Shown piece by piece: positions 17,699-26,606 of a DNA stretch of 64,000 bases (positions within the stretch are counted from its first letter, which is position 1; each line of letters opens with the position of its first letter). The DNA is from Candidatus Saccharimonadales bacterium. GTDB lineage: Bacteria; Patescibacteriota; Saccharimonadia; Saccharimonadales; UBA4665. The translations under genes were made by a program, and so were the position numbers. The DNA lies in the NCBI GenBank assembly GCA_039930145.1, contig JBDSPW010000007.1:22383-86382 (forward strand). The letters are read 5' to 3'. The notes beneath the pieces were generated by a model. The model was not told where the DNA came from and did no database searches. It worked only from the letters and a program-made list of their open reading frames with translations.

Positions 17699-18349
17699 TT
17701 ACCTTTTAAAAATTACTGACGCTGCCTTGGCGGCGGCTGTATTACTTACGGTCAGCTTAACATCCTGCTTATTGTCAAAAATGGTGGTGTCAACATTCAT
17801 GTTTACGGTGTACGTCGCACTTTTGTCAGATCGCGACAGACTCGTCAGCACCACACTATCAAATGCACTCTTGCTTTCCTGCGTACCATCACTTGTCTTA
17901 TAAGTCGTGAATTTAAGTCCATCTACGAACGCATTTACGGCTTCAATGTTGGTTGCCTCGCCAGTTATCACGACCGTTTTCGCCGTAAGGTCGAGTGACA
18001 TCTGGGCAATAGATACATTGGTAGGCGTCAGCTGGCTGAGGTAGTCGAACATGCGCGAGGACGCAGGCTTGGCTTCGTGCAGACCTGTTAGTTGGCGGAG
18101 TTGGTTCTGCACTGTCAACATCTTGGAGAGGTTGGGTGTTTGTTGGAGCGTCGTACCCTTTTCTTTTATTTCGTTTGTGAGCCCACTAATGTACGCTTTT
18201 TGCGCAACATCGACAGTGAGTACTAAAAAGACAAAGATAGCGAGCGAAACAGCACTAGCAAGCAACGAAAAACCAATCACCATACGCTTGGTGCGCTCAG
18301 TCTTGATGTATTCGAGTTTTACATCGGGTAAAAGGTTAAACTGAATCAT
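17699..18349 (-). CDS. pilN: PilN (fimbrial assembly) protein
   Basis: MIQFNLLPD start motif followed by a single TM helix. Confidence 0.75.
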   Translation of the reverse strand: MIQFNLLPDVKLEYIKTERTKRMVIGFSLLASAVSLAIFVFLVLTVDVAQKAYISGLTNEIKEKGTTLQQTPNLSKMLTVQNQLRQLTGLHEAKPASSRMFDYLSQLTPTNVSIAQMSLDLTAKTVVITGEATNIEAVNAFVDGLKFTTYKTSDGTQESKSAFDSVVLTSLSRSDKSATYTVNMNVDTTIFDNKQDVKLTVSNTAAAKAASVIFKR

Positions 18350-18395
18350 GAGGCTTCGCCTCCTGGCAGCATTCTATTTATTAATATAGGAAAAA

Positions 18396-19436
18396 TCATT
18401 CTGCGCGCTCCGCGAGGCCAACAGCCACGCCAAATTGGTTAGAAATAGCCAGCAACTCGTTTTGTCGATCGCCCGAAATTGCCACATTACGCCATGCGTT
18501 ACCGATTTCAACATTTACGCCAAATTTGTTTGCAAGATGCAGTGGGAATTCCGGTAGCACAGAAGCTCCGCCTGTCACGACGATTCGTTCTAACTTTACT
18601 TCAGGATAGCGAGCTTGAAAGAACTTGATCGATTTGTCGATTTCACCAATAAGTAAATCAACGGTACCGATGATGGCTTGATACACTTGCCCGTCGAGTT
18701 TATCTTTGCCTAGACCAAACTTGAGTACAAATTGTTCGGCTTGTTTTTCGTCGACATTCAGGTTCTGCATTGCCGAGCGCAATATAGCTTCCATCCCTGT
18801 CGGGATAGCGCGCGTTAAACGAGCGGTGCCGCCCATGATTATCACAAGGTCAGTGCTCTTGTTGCCGATATCAAGCACCATCTGTGGTGTGCTGGCATCT
18901 GTGGGCACGAGTGCACGACTGAGGGCGAGGTTGTCTGGCTCAAAAGCAATCACGTTGAGTCCGATAGCTTCGAGCATATCGAGGCGCTGTTCTATAAAGC
19001 TATTAGGAACACTGGTGAGCAACACCTCTACTTTGGTTTTGTCCTTTGGGGAGTCGCCAAGCAGTGCCCAGTCCATTTTAGATTCGCTGAGAGGTGTCGG
19101 AATTAATGCGTCGGCTTGATAACGAATTGCTTTGGCAAGCTCTGCTTCGGATAGACGGTCGATATCAGCCACTGTGGTGAATACTCGCGATGACGGAACA
19201 CCAACTGCAACATTCCGGGTAGTCAGTTTAGCTTGAGCAATAAGCTGGGCGATTGCCTGGCCAAGCCGTTGTTGGTCGTTTTTGCTATCGCTGAGTGCTA
19301 TCTTGCTGTCGATAGGCATGTACGCGTACTTTACCAGGGTTTTTTGCGCACCCGTGCCATGGAGTTCCACCAGCCGTACCGCAGTACTGCCGATGTCTAG
19401 TCCAAAGAAAGCCGATACCCCACTCAGTAAACTCAT
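18396..19436 (-). CDS. pilM: PilM, actin-like ATPase of the pilus alignment complex
   Basis: FGLDIGSTAVRLVEL and VVTGGAS actin-fold motifs. Length is 346 aa. Confidence 0.88.
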   Translation of the reverse strand: MSLLSGVSAFFGLDIGSTAVRLVELHGTGAQKTLVKYAYMPIDSKIALSDSKNDQQRLGQAIAQLIAQAKLTTRNVAVGVPSSRVFTTVADIDRLSEAELAKAIRYQADALIPTPLSESKMDWALLGDSPKDKTKVEVLLTSVPNSFIEQRLDMLEAIGLNVIAFEPDNLALSRALVPTDASTPQMVLDIGNKSTDLVIIMGGTARLTRAIPTGMEAILRSAMQNLNVDEKQAEQFVLKFGLGKDKLDGQVYQAIIGTVDLLIGEIDKSIKFFQARYPEVKLERIVVTGGASVLPEFPLHLANKFGVNVEIGNAWRNVAISGDRQNELLAISNQFGVAVGLAERAE

Positions 19437-19502
19437 ATTAGTCGAATTATAGCATAAGCGCTGTAGTATAGTACAAGCGTATTTTTATGAAATGGTTCGG
19501 TG

Positions 19503-21854
19503 TTACAGAACTGGGGGCAAGCCGGTGATTGCATCATAATTGTTTCCTATTTTTGCTGTCGAAGCACGTGGTAGCCAAACCTCTGGCGAATAGTCGAACA
19601 CTTCGGCGGCATTGTTCACGCGCCATGTGTCCCCAGGCGCGGCGCCAACTGTGCCGGGTGTCCGCAGGAATTGGATTTGTTGGGCCGCGAAGGCGCCATG
19701 GATTGTCAGTTTTTGTTTGCAGAGATTGTAATAGCCAGCATTGAGTGGGTTTGCTTGTGCTCGTATGCCCGTTGCGCAGGTGTAAATAGTGCCGCCTGAC
19801 ATATTACCGGCGCCATCGTCGGCTTGCTCGGCGACATATATGCCATCGAGTTGTGTAACATCCTTATCAATGAAGATATTACCGCCTACAACTACTAATT
19901 TGAAGTACGGTATTTGATCGAGCGAAGCCCAGCCACCTGTTCCACCGTAAGCGATACCAGTACCCGTTATATAGACATCATGCCCGACGACATAATGTAC
20001 TTCTTGAGTCCCAGCCAACAATGGCGCGGCAATATTATGAACAATGGTTTCATCGCTCGTTGTATTAGTAGGTCCTGTGGGGATATCGCTCGTAAAGTCA
20101 CACGTGCCACTCGTGCCACCAAACGAACCACCAAACAAACCTTGCGTCGGATCGAGTTGTGACGTCGTCGATAAACCAGTATTCGCAAAACTCAATCCTG
20201 TCGGCGTGCCGCCGGAGCCCGCTGGGAGTTCCGAAGCACTCGAGAAATCAAGAATTTGATTCAGAGCCAATACTGCGTACTGCGCACCCGCCCCCGTAAA
20301 GCCCGCATCTCGGTTATTCCAGCTGTACACGCGAGCCTCATCATTCGTGATACATGACTGGCTCGCGTCGGTTGTTGTCCCCACTACCGAAACACCCGCT
20401 GACACATCTCCGCCGTATACATGCAGATAGGGCTGGTTGGAAACAGTAAAGGTCTCGTTACACACTAGTTGCGGCAGACCCGCGTCATCATAGGCCCACG
20501 TTGCAGTGTACGTTCCCGTAGCAAGTGTCGGTCCAAGCTGAGAAGCGTTAGCTCCAAACGAGCCGGTGGCGATCGACGCCCCGCCGGCAGTAGTAATAAC
20601 GGGTGTTACTGAAGATGGATTGCCATTAAAGTTAACCAAGGGAGCAATCGATAGCTGCATAGTAGGAGCACTTGGCGTGTACGGCACTGAAAACTCCACT
20701 GTTGCAGCGGCCTTAAACCTGGTTCGGCTATCGAATACTGTAGGTGTAGTACTAAATGATCCGCAATCCACTCCAACTGCTAATTTAAATATCCACCGCA
20801 TATGATACGCACGGCCAGCAACAAAATTATAAGAGAAACTAGTTGTGCCGACCGGGAGCATGACATGCGTACCACCAGACCCACCATAGGCTAAGCCAGC
20901 ACTAGTGCAGTTAGCCTGCCCCGTATAACAGATACTGTAACCAACAAGTTTATACGTCGGGAGTGCGCTGGTATCGATGGTAACTGTATGCGCTGATACG
21001 CCAGTGGCTCCGATAGGTATCGCCGGAGCATTACCAGGTGCACCATTATAATAAAAAGCGTTACGTGCATCATTTCCGGTTCCGGAGACAGCCGTATTCT
21101 TTGTACTAAATGGCACCGCAGCGCTTGCGGGTACTGCCGTAAATCCACCATATGGCCGAGTCGTCGCGTCGTAACCTTGATCGTCTATTTTTACTCCATC
21201 GAGTGTAGCTTTTGGCACAGCCTGGCGTGTAATACACACACTCGTAAAGTACGTATTAGTAAGTCCAGTGCCACGGCTATCCGAATATTGGCCGGAATAT
21301 GCAACCGAGTAACAAGTCGGGCCAGAACCAGCAACACCTTTACCTGTTACATTTAGTGTTACCCGAAGCGCACCAGGTGGATCAGTAAACTGCCCGGGGT
21401 TTGTTGTGCCAGTTCCGCGGTTGATAGTTGTCCCAGAAGGAAAAGATATGGGAACCTGTCCACCGGCAGCGGCTTTCAGGTTAAAGATTTTAGCACTCGA
21501 AAACGACGTACCTCCCTGCGAAACAGGACAGTTATACGCCGTCGTCCACATGGTCGCAGAAACGGTTGTCGCATTCCATGCGACCGTCATATTTTCATCC
21601 CAACGAGCATTAGTTAGGTCAGCTGTAGGTGTGTCATTCACCCACACAGCTCCAAACGTTGTTACGTTGATATTGGCAGGAGCAGTGGAATAACAAAGCG
21701 CTGCACGGTTCGTTTCGGTGGTGTTTTTTCCGGCACGAGTAACTCCGGCCGCATGCACAGTCGGCGAATATACACATAGCAAACTTAGCATCGCAAAAAT
21801 ACTAATTGCAAACATCGATTTTTGGTGTCTGCTTTGGATGTTAACCCTGACCAT
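19503..21854 (-). CDS. Large secreted Gly/Thr/Ala-rich protein of unknown function
   Basis: Signal peptide ...LLCVYSPTVHA/AG. Length is 783 aa, with no recognisable catalytic motif. It lies immediately upstream of pilM. Confidence 0.6.
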   Translation of the reverse strand: MVRVNIQSRHQKSMFAISIFAMLSLLCVYSPTVHAAGVTRAGKNTTETNRAALCYSTAPANINVTTFGAVWVNDTPTADLTNARWDENMTVAWNATTVSATMWTTAYNCPVSQGGTSFSSAKIFNLKAAAGGQVPISFPSGTTINRGTGTTNPGQFTDPPGALRVTLNVTGKGVAGSGPTCYSVAYSGQYSDSRGTGLTNTYFTSVCITRQAVPKATLDGVKIDDQGYDATTRPYGGFTAVPASAAVPFSTKNTAVSGTGNDARNAFYYNGAPGNAPAIPIGATGVSAHTVTIDTSALPTYKLVGYSICYTGQANCTSAGLAYGGSGGTHVMLPVGTTSFSYNFVAGRAYHMRWIFKLAVGVDCGSFSTTPTVFDSRTRFKAAATVEFSVPYTPSAPTMQLSIAPLVNFNGNPSSVTPVITTAGGASIATGSFGANASQLGPTLATGTYTATWAYDDAGLPQLVCNETFTVSNQPYLHVYGGDVSAGVSVVGTTTDASQSCITNDEARVYSWNNRDAGFTGAGAQYAVLALNQILDFSSASELPAGSGGTPTGLSFANTGLSTTSQLDPTQGLFGGSFGGTSGTCDFTSDIPTGPTNTTSDETIVHNIAAPLLAGTQEVHYVVGHDVYITGTGIAYGGTGGWASLDQIPYFKLVVVGGNIFIDKDVTQLDGIYVAEQADDGAGNMSGGTIYTCATGIRAQANPLNAGYYNLCKQKLTIHGAFAAQQIQFLRTPGTVGAAPGDTWRVNNAAEVFDYSPEVWLPRASTAKIGNNYDAITGLPPVL

Positions 21855-22359
21855 AAGGATTCTCCGGTTTCTTCGTATCTGCTTTTAGCGTGTCGTGCAG
21901 TTGTTTTAGATTGATTCCATCCACAATCCGACTTGCCGGTGACTTGCCATGTGTCTTCAAATTCATGAGTTGCTCGTACTCCTTAAGAGCATCTTGTGAC
22001 ATCCCTGCCCCGTAATACCCTACCATCGAGATATACACACAGCTCGGATCACTTGCATAGCTCGCCTTAGACCGGACCTCCTTAGCGATAGCATCAATCT
22101 GATTAGCACCTTTTTGCTTCACTGTAGAACTATAACTGTCGAGGAGTTTTGTGTTGCCGCTGCATGGGCCAGTGGTTTGTGGCGATGCAATGCCTAGGTA
22201 TCGATTTACCACAGGGCGTGTAAACGGTAGTGCGTACAGCAAACAGATTACTATGATAATGACACCGACTACTGTAGCGATTTTTTTTATAGCAAATACA
22301 GGGGCCTGGTCTTTACTGCCACTAACGACTACTTTGCTACCCACATCTTTATCTGCCAT
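21841..22359 (-). CDS. N-terminally membrane-anchored protein of unknown function
   Basis: 172 aa with one TM helix (VVGVIIIVICLLYALPF). A 14-nt overlap with the 783-aa gene suggests translational coupling. Confidence 0.55.
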   Translation of the reverse strand: MADKDVGSKVVVSGSKDQAPVFAIKKIATVVGVIIIVICLLYALPFTRPVVNRYLGIASPQTTGPCSGNTKLLDSYSSTVKQKGANQIDAIAKEVRSKASYASDPSCVYISMVGYYGAGMSQDALKEYEQLMNLKTHGKSPASRIVDGINLKQLHDTLKADTKKPENPYGQG

Positions 22360-22482
22360 GATTGGCTTCAGTATAGCAAAACCACAAGCACAATGAGAAT
22401 AGGCTTGTTTGTGAGATATGTCCGCTCAAATAGTTAATCGAAAACAAAATCATTTTGTTGTCTCAAAATATTAGAGTGTAAG

Positions 22483-22497
22483 GACATGTCAGATTGC
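22483..22497. repeat. Left copy of the 15-bp inverted repeat bracketing high-GC island 1
   Basis: gacatgtcagattgc is the exact reverse complement of 24662-24676. Confidence 0.75.
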
Positions 22498-22608
22498 GTT
22501 GCTACCAAAAGGTAGCGGAGACATTGTTCGTACACTTGGCCGGAGCCAAGGGAGTGAGCGCATACCTCGAGAGGTATACCGTAATGAGGGCCGAGGCACT
22601 CACTTCCC

Positions 22609-23403
22609 TTAGCTACCAATAAGCGTGAAAAACACCACCGTGTTGTCCTTGTGGGACACGATAGATGCATCCACGCCTCCGCTACAGGTGATGACTGCTA
22701 AGTCAGCTTCTTTGGGTGCATGTTGCAGCACGTTCAGAAGCGCCGTAGCGTCGTCCTTGCGGATTTTGCCGATTGGCTTCCCGAGCACCTTGTAGCGCTG
22801 AACCTTGTGGGGGTCAGCCGCAGCGATGGTCAGGATTTGCCCAGATTTGAGGTTTCCGATGTCATTGAAGACGCCGTAGCCATTAATCTGAGTGTGCCCG
22901 AGCAGAATGGGAATCTGCCCGTCCTTGTGCTCACCTGCTCGAGGTCCATCGGACCACCAAGCTACTTGGTACATCGCCTTTGATCCGGTAGGAACACCGA
23001 ACTGCCAGACGTTTTTGCCAAGATGAGCATCCCAGGCATACACAGAACCCTTGGGCACAATCGACGTGTTGATGCCGACAGCAGGAATCCAGATGTGTGC
23101 TGGGACAAACGGGCTTACAACGTTCGCTGGCTTGGGCGACGTTGTTTTAGGCGAGGATTTCGTGGATGAAACCATCGTCTTGCTAGCCGTAGCCGTCGGC
23201 GACGCTGACGTCGTTGTCGACATCGCCGACGGCACGGGTGCTGGCGTAGCCAATGAATCAATTGCAGCTCGCTCGCGTGCGTAGTGCACAACGCTCAAAC
23301 CGACAAGAGAAACACCAACCAACGCCAGCACCCCGACTAGAACATAGGTCCGAACTCGCCGCCTAGTAGCGACGCGTCGGACGGATCGTGGCGACGATGA
23401 CAC
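22609..23403 (-). CDS. Sortase-family transpeptidase (class E/F-like); start uncertain (GTG at 23403 proposed)
   Basis: Basic N-terminus with TM helix (RRRVRTYVLVGVLALVGVSLVGLSVV), a Ser/Thr linker, and the catalytic-type motifs LLGHTQ (His) and LAVITCSGG (Cys). The ORF-track start at 23808 adds an Arg/Pro-rich artefact that overlaps the upstream gene. Confidence 0.7.
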   Translation of the reverse strand: MSSSPRSVRRVATRRRVRTYVLVGVLALVGVSLVGLSVVHYARERAAIDSLATPAPVPSAMSTTTSASPTATASKTMVSSTKSSPKTTSPKPANVVSPFVPAHIWIPAVGINTSIVPKGSVYAWDAHLGKNVWQFGVPTGSKAMYQVAWWSDGPRAGEHKDGQIPILLGHTQINGYGVFNDIGNLKSGQILTIAAADPHKVQRYKVLGKPIGKIRKDDATALLNVLQHAPKEADLAVITCSGGVDASIVSHKDNTVVFFTLIGS

Positions 23404-24466
23404 CGCGGGACATCCAGGCCAGGATGAGGAGCGATGCCGCGATGGCCGCGAGACCGAGCCGCATCTGGTTGGAGTTGTTGTCTCCGGAACCACCCGTGTG
23501 TGCCGCGACCGGGTAGCTGTGCTTGGTCGTGGTGGATGGCGCCGGCTTGGTGGTCTTGCTCGGGTGCGACGTGGACGGGTGTCCAGTCGAGGTGGTCTTC
23601 GTCCCCGTCGACGTGGTGCTGCTGGAGCTGGTGCTCGAGCTGCTCGTGGTCGACGTGGTCGATGTGCTGGTACACACCTTGACCTCAGCACTCGCGCTGG
23701 CGCTGGTCTCGTTGTCACCGGTGACGGTGACGTGGTAGACACCCGGCACGTCGGCAACGATCGAGAACGTGTTGTCGACGAGACCCGGTGTTGGTACCGC
23801 ATCTCCATCAGGGTTCACGCCTGCAACCGAGTAGTTGACGCCGTCGACCATGTTGCTGATCTCACCGTTGATGAGACCACTGGTCTCGCCTCCGATGCAT
23901 CCCACCACGCTGAGGTCGAGCCCGAGCTTGGCGGTTGAAGTGGTGCTCGAGCTGCTCGAGGTCGAAGACGTGGAACTGGTCGAGCTCGACGACGAGGTCG
24001 TGCTGCTGGTCGCGCCGCACGGGCCGAAGCTCGGCGACTTGGTGTTGACGCTGCTGCCGAAGTCAGCACCGGTGGTGCTGGCGACCTCCACGCGGAGCGT
24101 ATTGGCAGTGTCCGGGTAGCCGTCGGTGACGTTGATGGTGTATGGGTAGGACGTCTGACCGGCGTGCAGCGTGACCGTGGTCGTCTGGAGCGGGCTGGTG
24201 TCGTGGAACACCGAGTCTGCCGGGACGTGGTAGGTCAGCTTCAACACGATCGTCGCGCCCTCCACCGGGTTGGTCACCGTGATGGTGCCGGTGCCGGTGC
24301 AGGATGCCGTGATGTTCGTGATGACAGGCCCACTCGAAGAGGTTGCCGAAGCAGGCCCTACGAGGACGGTCAGCCCACCGAACACCATCAGCACGAGAGC
24401 AGCAGCGAATGACGCTACTGACTTCCAGCCGAGTTGGACCTGACGCGGTCCGTTGTTGAGTTTCAT
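23363..24466 (-). CDS. Cell-wall-anchored surface protein with an LAxTG-like sorting signal
   Basis: Signal-peptide-like N-terminus and two ~100-aa domains separated by Ser/Thr tracts. The C-terminus has PVAAHTGG, then the hydrophobic LGLAAIAASLLILAW, then the basic tail RGVIVATIRPTRRY. Confidence 0.75.
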   Translation of the reverse strand: MKLNNGPRQVQLGWKSVASFAAALVLMVFGGLTVLVGPASATSSSGPVITNITASCTGTGTITVTNPVEGATIVLKLTYHVPADSVFHDTSPLQTTTVTLHAGQTSYPYTINVTDGYPDTANTLRVEVASTTGADFGSSVNTKSPSFGPCGATSSTTSSSSSTSSTSSTSSSSSTTSTAKLGLDLSVVGCIGGETSGLINGEISNMVDGVNYSVAGVNPDGDAVPTPGLVDNTFSIVADVPGVYHVTVTGDNETSASASAEVKVCTSTSTTSTTSSSSTSSSSTTSTGTKTTSTGHPSTSHPSKTTKPAPSTTTKHSYPVAAHTGGSGDNNSNQMRLGLAAIAASLLILAWMSRGVIVATIRPTRRY

Positions 24467-24661
24467 GCGGTTCCCTCTCGAACAACCTCTCTTTACGCAC
24501 GGGTGTGCAAAAGTAGAGGGTCTTACCTAATTAGGCATACGCGCGTAATGCCTACTAGTACTGCAGTCAACACACAACTAAGTGCGTATGTACTGGCTGC
24601 AGTACTATGGCGTTGCTACGTCGATTCGAGAGGTAAAGACACATAAAATACGAATATGTTT

Positions 24662-24676
24662 GCAATCTGACATGTC
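24662..24676. repeat. Right copy of the 15-bp inverted repeat bracketing high-GC island 1
   Basis: gcaatctgacatgtc is the exact reverse complement of 22483-22497. Confidence 0.75.
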
Positions 24677-24858
24677 AAAGTGCGAACCCTGGAGAGACGT
24701 AACGGCGTCATCGTTCAGACGAACGGCGCCAAAACACCTCTTACTCCAAAATTGCTAGACTATAGTACCAAAAAACTAGTGTTTTGTCAATAAAATGCTT
24801 ATCTTTCACCCCTGTTATTTAGCTGGACTGATTGAACCACCTCTGTTAAAATATACTA

Positions 24859-25941
24859 ATGAGTCTTTCCATCGGCATCGTCGGCCTGCCAAATGTCGGC
24901 AAATCTACCCTGTTTAACGCTCTCACCGACGCTGGTGCGCTGGCTGCCAACTATCCGTTTGCTACCATCGAACCCAACACCGGTATCGTCCCCGTTCCCG
25001 ACCCACGCCTCGCAAGGCTAGCCGACCTCTATAAAACAAAGAAGATAGTGCCTGCCACCGTCACGTTTGTGGACATCGCCGGGCTCGTGGCTGGCGCCAG
25101 CAAGGGCGAAGGCTTGGGCAACCAGTTCCTCAGCCACATCCGCAGCACCAATGCCATCGTTCACGTCGTGCGTGCCTTTGATGATGACAATGTTATCCAT
25201 GTCGACGACGAGCACAACCCTGCCAAAGATATCGATGTTATCAACACCGAGCTTGTTTTAGCAGACTTGCAAACCGTTACCAATCGTAAAGCTAAATTCG
25301 AAAAAGAAGCTCGCGCCAATCCCAAGTTACAGCCTATCGCCGACACCCTAGAACAGGTACGACAACTCCTGGATAGCGGCAAACCAGTCTGGAACGACGA
25401 CAGCATTAATCGTGAACACATTGCCGATTTGCAGCTGCTGACCGCAAAGCCAATTATTTATGTATTCAACCTGGACGAAAATGGGCTATCGGGCGACGCG
25501 CGCAAACAAAAATTGCGCGACCTGGTTGTACCTGCCACTGCCCTGTTTGTCTGCGCCAAGCTGGAGAGCGAACTGCGCGGCCTGGACGAAAGTGACGCAT
25601 CTGAACTGCTTGAGAGTTACGGGGTACAAGAATCTGGGCTGGTGCAGCTCATCCACGCCGCTTACGACACCCTGGGGTTACAAAGTTACCTGACCGCTGG
25701 CGAGCCAGAAGTCCGCGCCTGGACAATTGCCCAAGGCGCCACCGCTCCACAAGCGGCCGGTGTTATCCATGGTGATTTCGAAAAAGGTTTTATTGCGGCC
25801 CAGATCGTCGACTACGACGACCTAATCGCAGCCGGCTCCGAGCAAGCCGCCAAAGCCGCCGGCAAGGTCCGTACCGAAGGTAAAACCTACGTCATGCAAC
25901 CTGGCGACATCGTCGAGTTCAGATTCAACGTCAGTAAATAA
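24859..25941 (+). CDS. ychF: Ribosome-binding ATPase YchF
   Basis: IGIVGLPNVGKSTLFNALT G1 motif and a TGS-like C-terminus. Length is 360 aa. Confidence 0.93.
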   Translation: MSLSIGIVGLPNVGKSTLFNALTDAGALAANYPFATIEPNTGIVPVPDPRLARLADLYKTKKIVPATVTFVDIAGLVAGASKGEGLGNQFLSHIRSTNAIVHVVRAFDDDNVIHVDDEHNPAKDIDVINTELVLADLQTVTNRKAKFEKEARANPKLQPIADTLEQVRQLLDSGKPVWNDDSINREHIADLQLLTAKPIIYVFNLDENGLSGDARKQKLRDLVVPATALFVCAKLESELRGLDESDASELLESYGVQESGLVQLIHAAYDTLGLQSYLTAGEPEVRAWTIAQGATAPQAAGVIHGDFEKGFIAAQIVDYDDLIAAGSEQAAKAAGKVRTEGKTYVMQPGDIVEFRFNVSK

Positions 25942-25946
25942 GACCG

Positions 25947-26504
25947 CTACATATAGCGAAATGTAGGCGTTACGCTGGGCTCTTTGCCAGGAATATTGAC
26001 CGGACCGCAAATATCAAATTTAAAAATTTCGTATTCCTTGCCCGTGCCGTCTTTGGGCAGCGGTAAAAATGTCACATATGCCTGCGTACACTCAGCGGTG
26101 TATGCCCCGCGAGGTACCAGACTCACATTGCCGCCTTTTGCTTGCACAATCACCGAGGCCAAGGGCTCATTGCCTGGTTTTTTGTACGAACCCTTGTACA
26201 AATTGTAGACACCCGTTTCTGTCGCCTGACATTCGGCAATTACATCACCCCGCTGGGACTGATGACATGGAATATTATAGTTGTAAACCTTGTCATGCGC
26301 ACCCGTGGTTGGTACAGCATTTTCCAACGTCATACTTGGTGTAGGCGACTCTGAACTGGTCCTACTCCCCATGGTGGTGGTCGTCGTATCGAGTTCTGAA
26401 GATTCGGCAGAGCACGCCCCAACTAATGCAACTGATGATACCATTGCCACCACAACAGCACGCTCAACTCTCCCCTGTAATAATCGTTCACTCATGATTA
26501 GCAC
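25947..26504 (-). CDS. Putative lipoprotein of unknown function
   Basis: Lipobox-like ALVGAC followed by a Ser/Thr-rich linker. Confidence 0.5.
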   Translation of the reverse strand: MLIMSERLLQGRVERAVVVAMVSSVALVGACSAESSELDTTTTTMGSRTSSESPTPSMTLENAVPTTGAHDKVYNYNIPCHQSQRGDVIAECQATETGVYNLYKGSYKKPGNEPLASVIVQAKGGNVSLVPRGAYTAECTQAYVTFLPLPKDGTGKEYEIFKFDICGPVNIPGKEPSVTPTFRYM

Positions 26505-26606
26505 TCCCTAAACTATGTAGGAATTTTGCTAGTCAATTGCTGTTTTGTCAAATAGATTGCTTCTAGGGGTGATGTCGTCGAGTTTCGTTTTAACGTTTCT
26601 AAATAG

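Noticed and set aside
23404-23808. The Arg/Pro-rich N-terminal 135 aa of the 399-aa ORF 22609-23808
   Set aside because: This stretch overlaps the 3' third of the surface-protein gene in another frame, and it has the RPRRPRAARAP-type composition typical of off-frame translation of high-GC DNA. An in-frame GTG at 23403 precedes a proper basic-plus-TM N-terminus.
23337-24500. Multiple overlapping ORFs in island 1 (for example 23337-23675, 23498-23938, 23815-24069, 24063-24500). Similar ORFs occur in island 2 (33587-33898, 33612-34025, 33817-34218) and island 3 (46931-47434, 47145-47564, 47221-47673)
   Set aside because: Stop codons are rare in high-GC DNA. Only one frame per locus gives a protein with sensible features (signal peptide, sorting signal, RBS).
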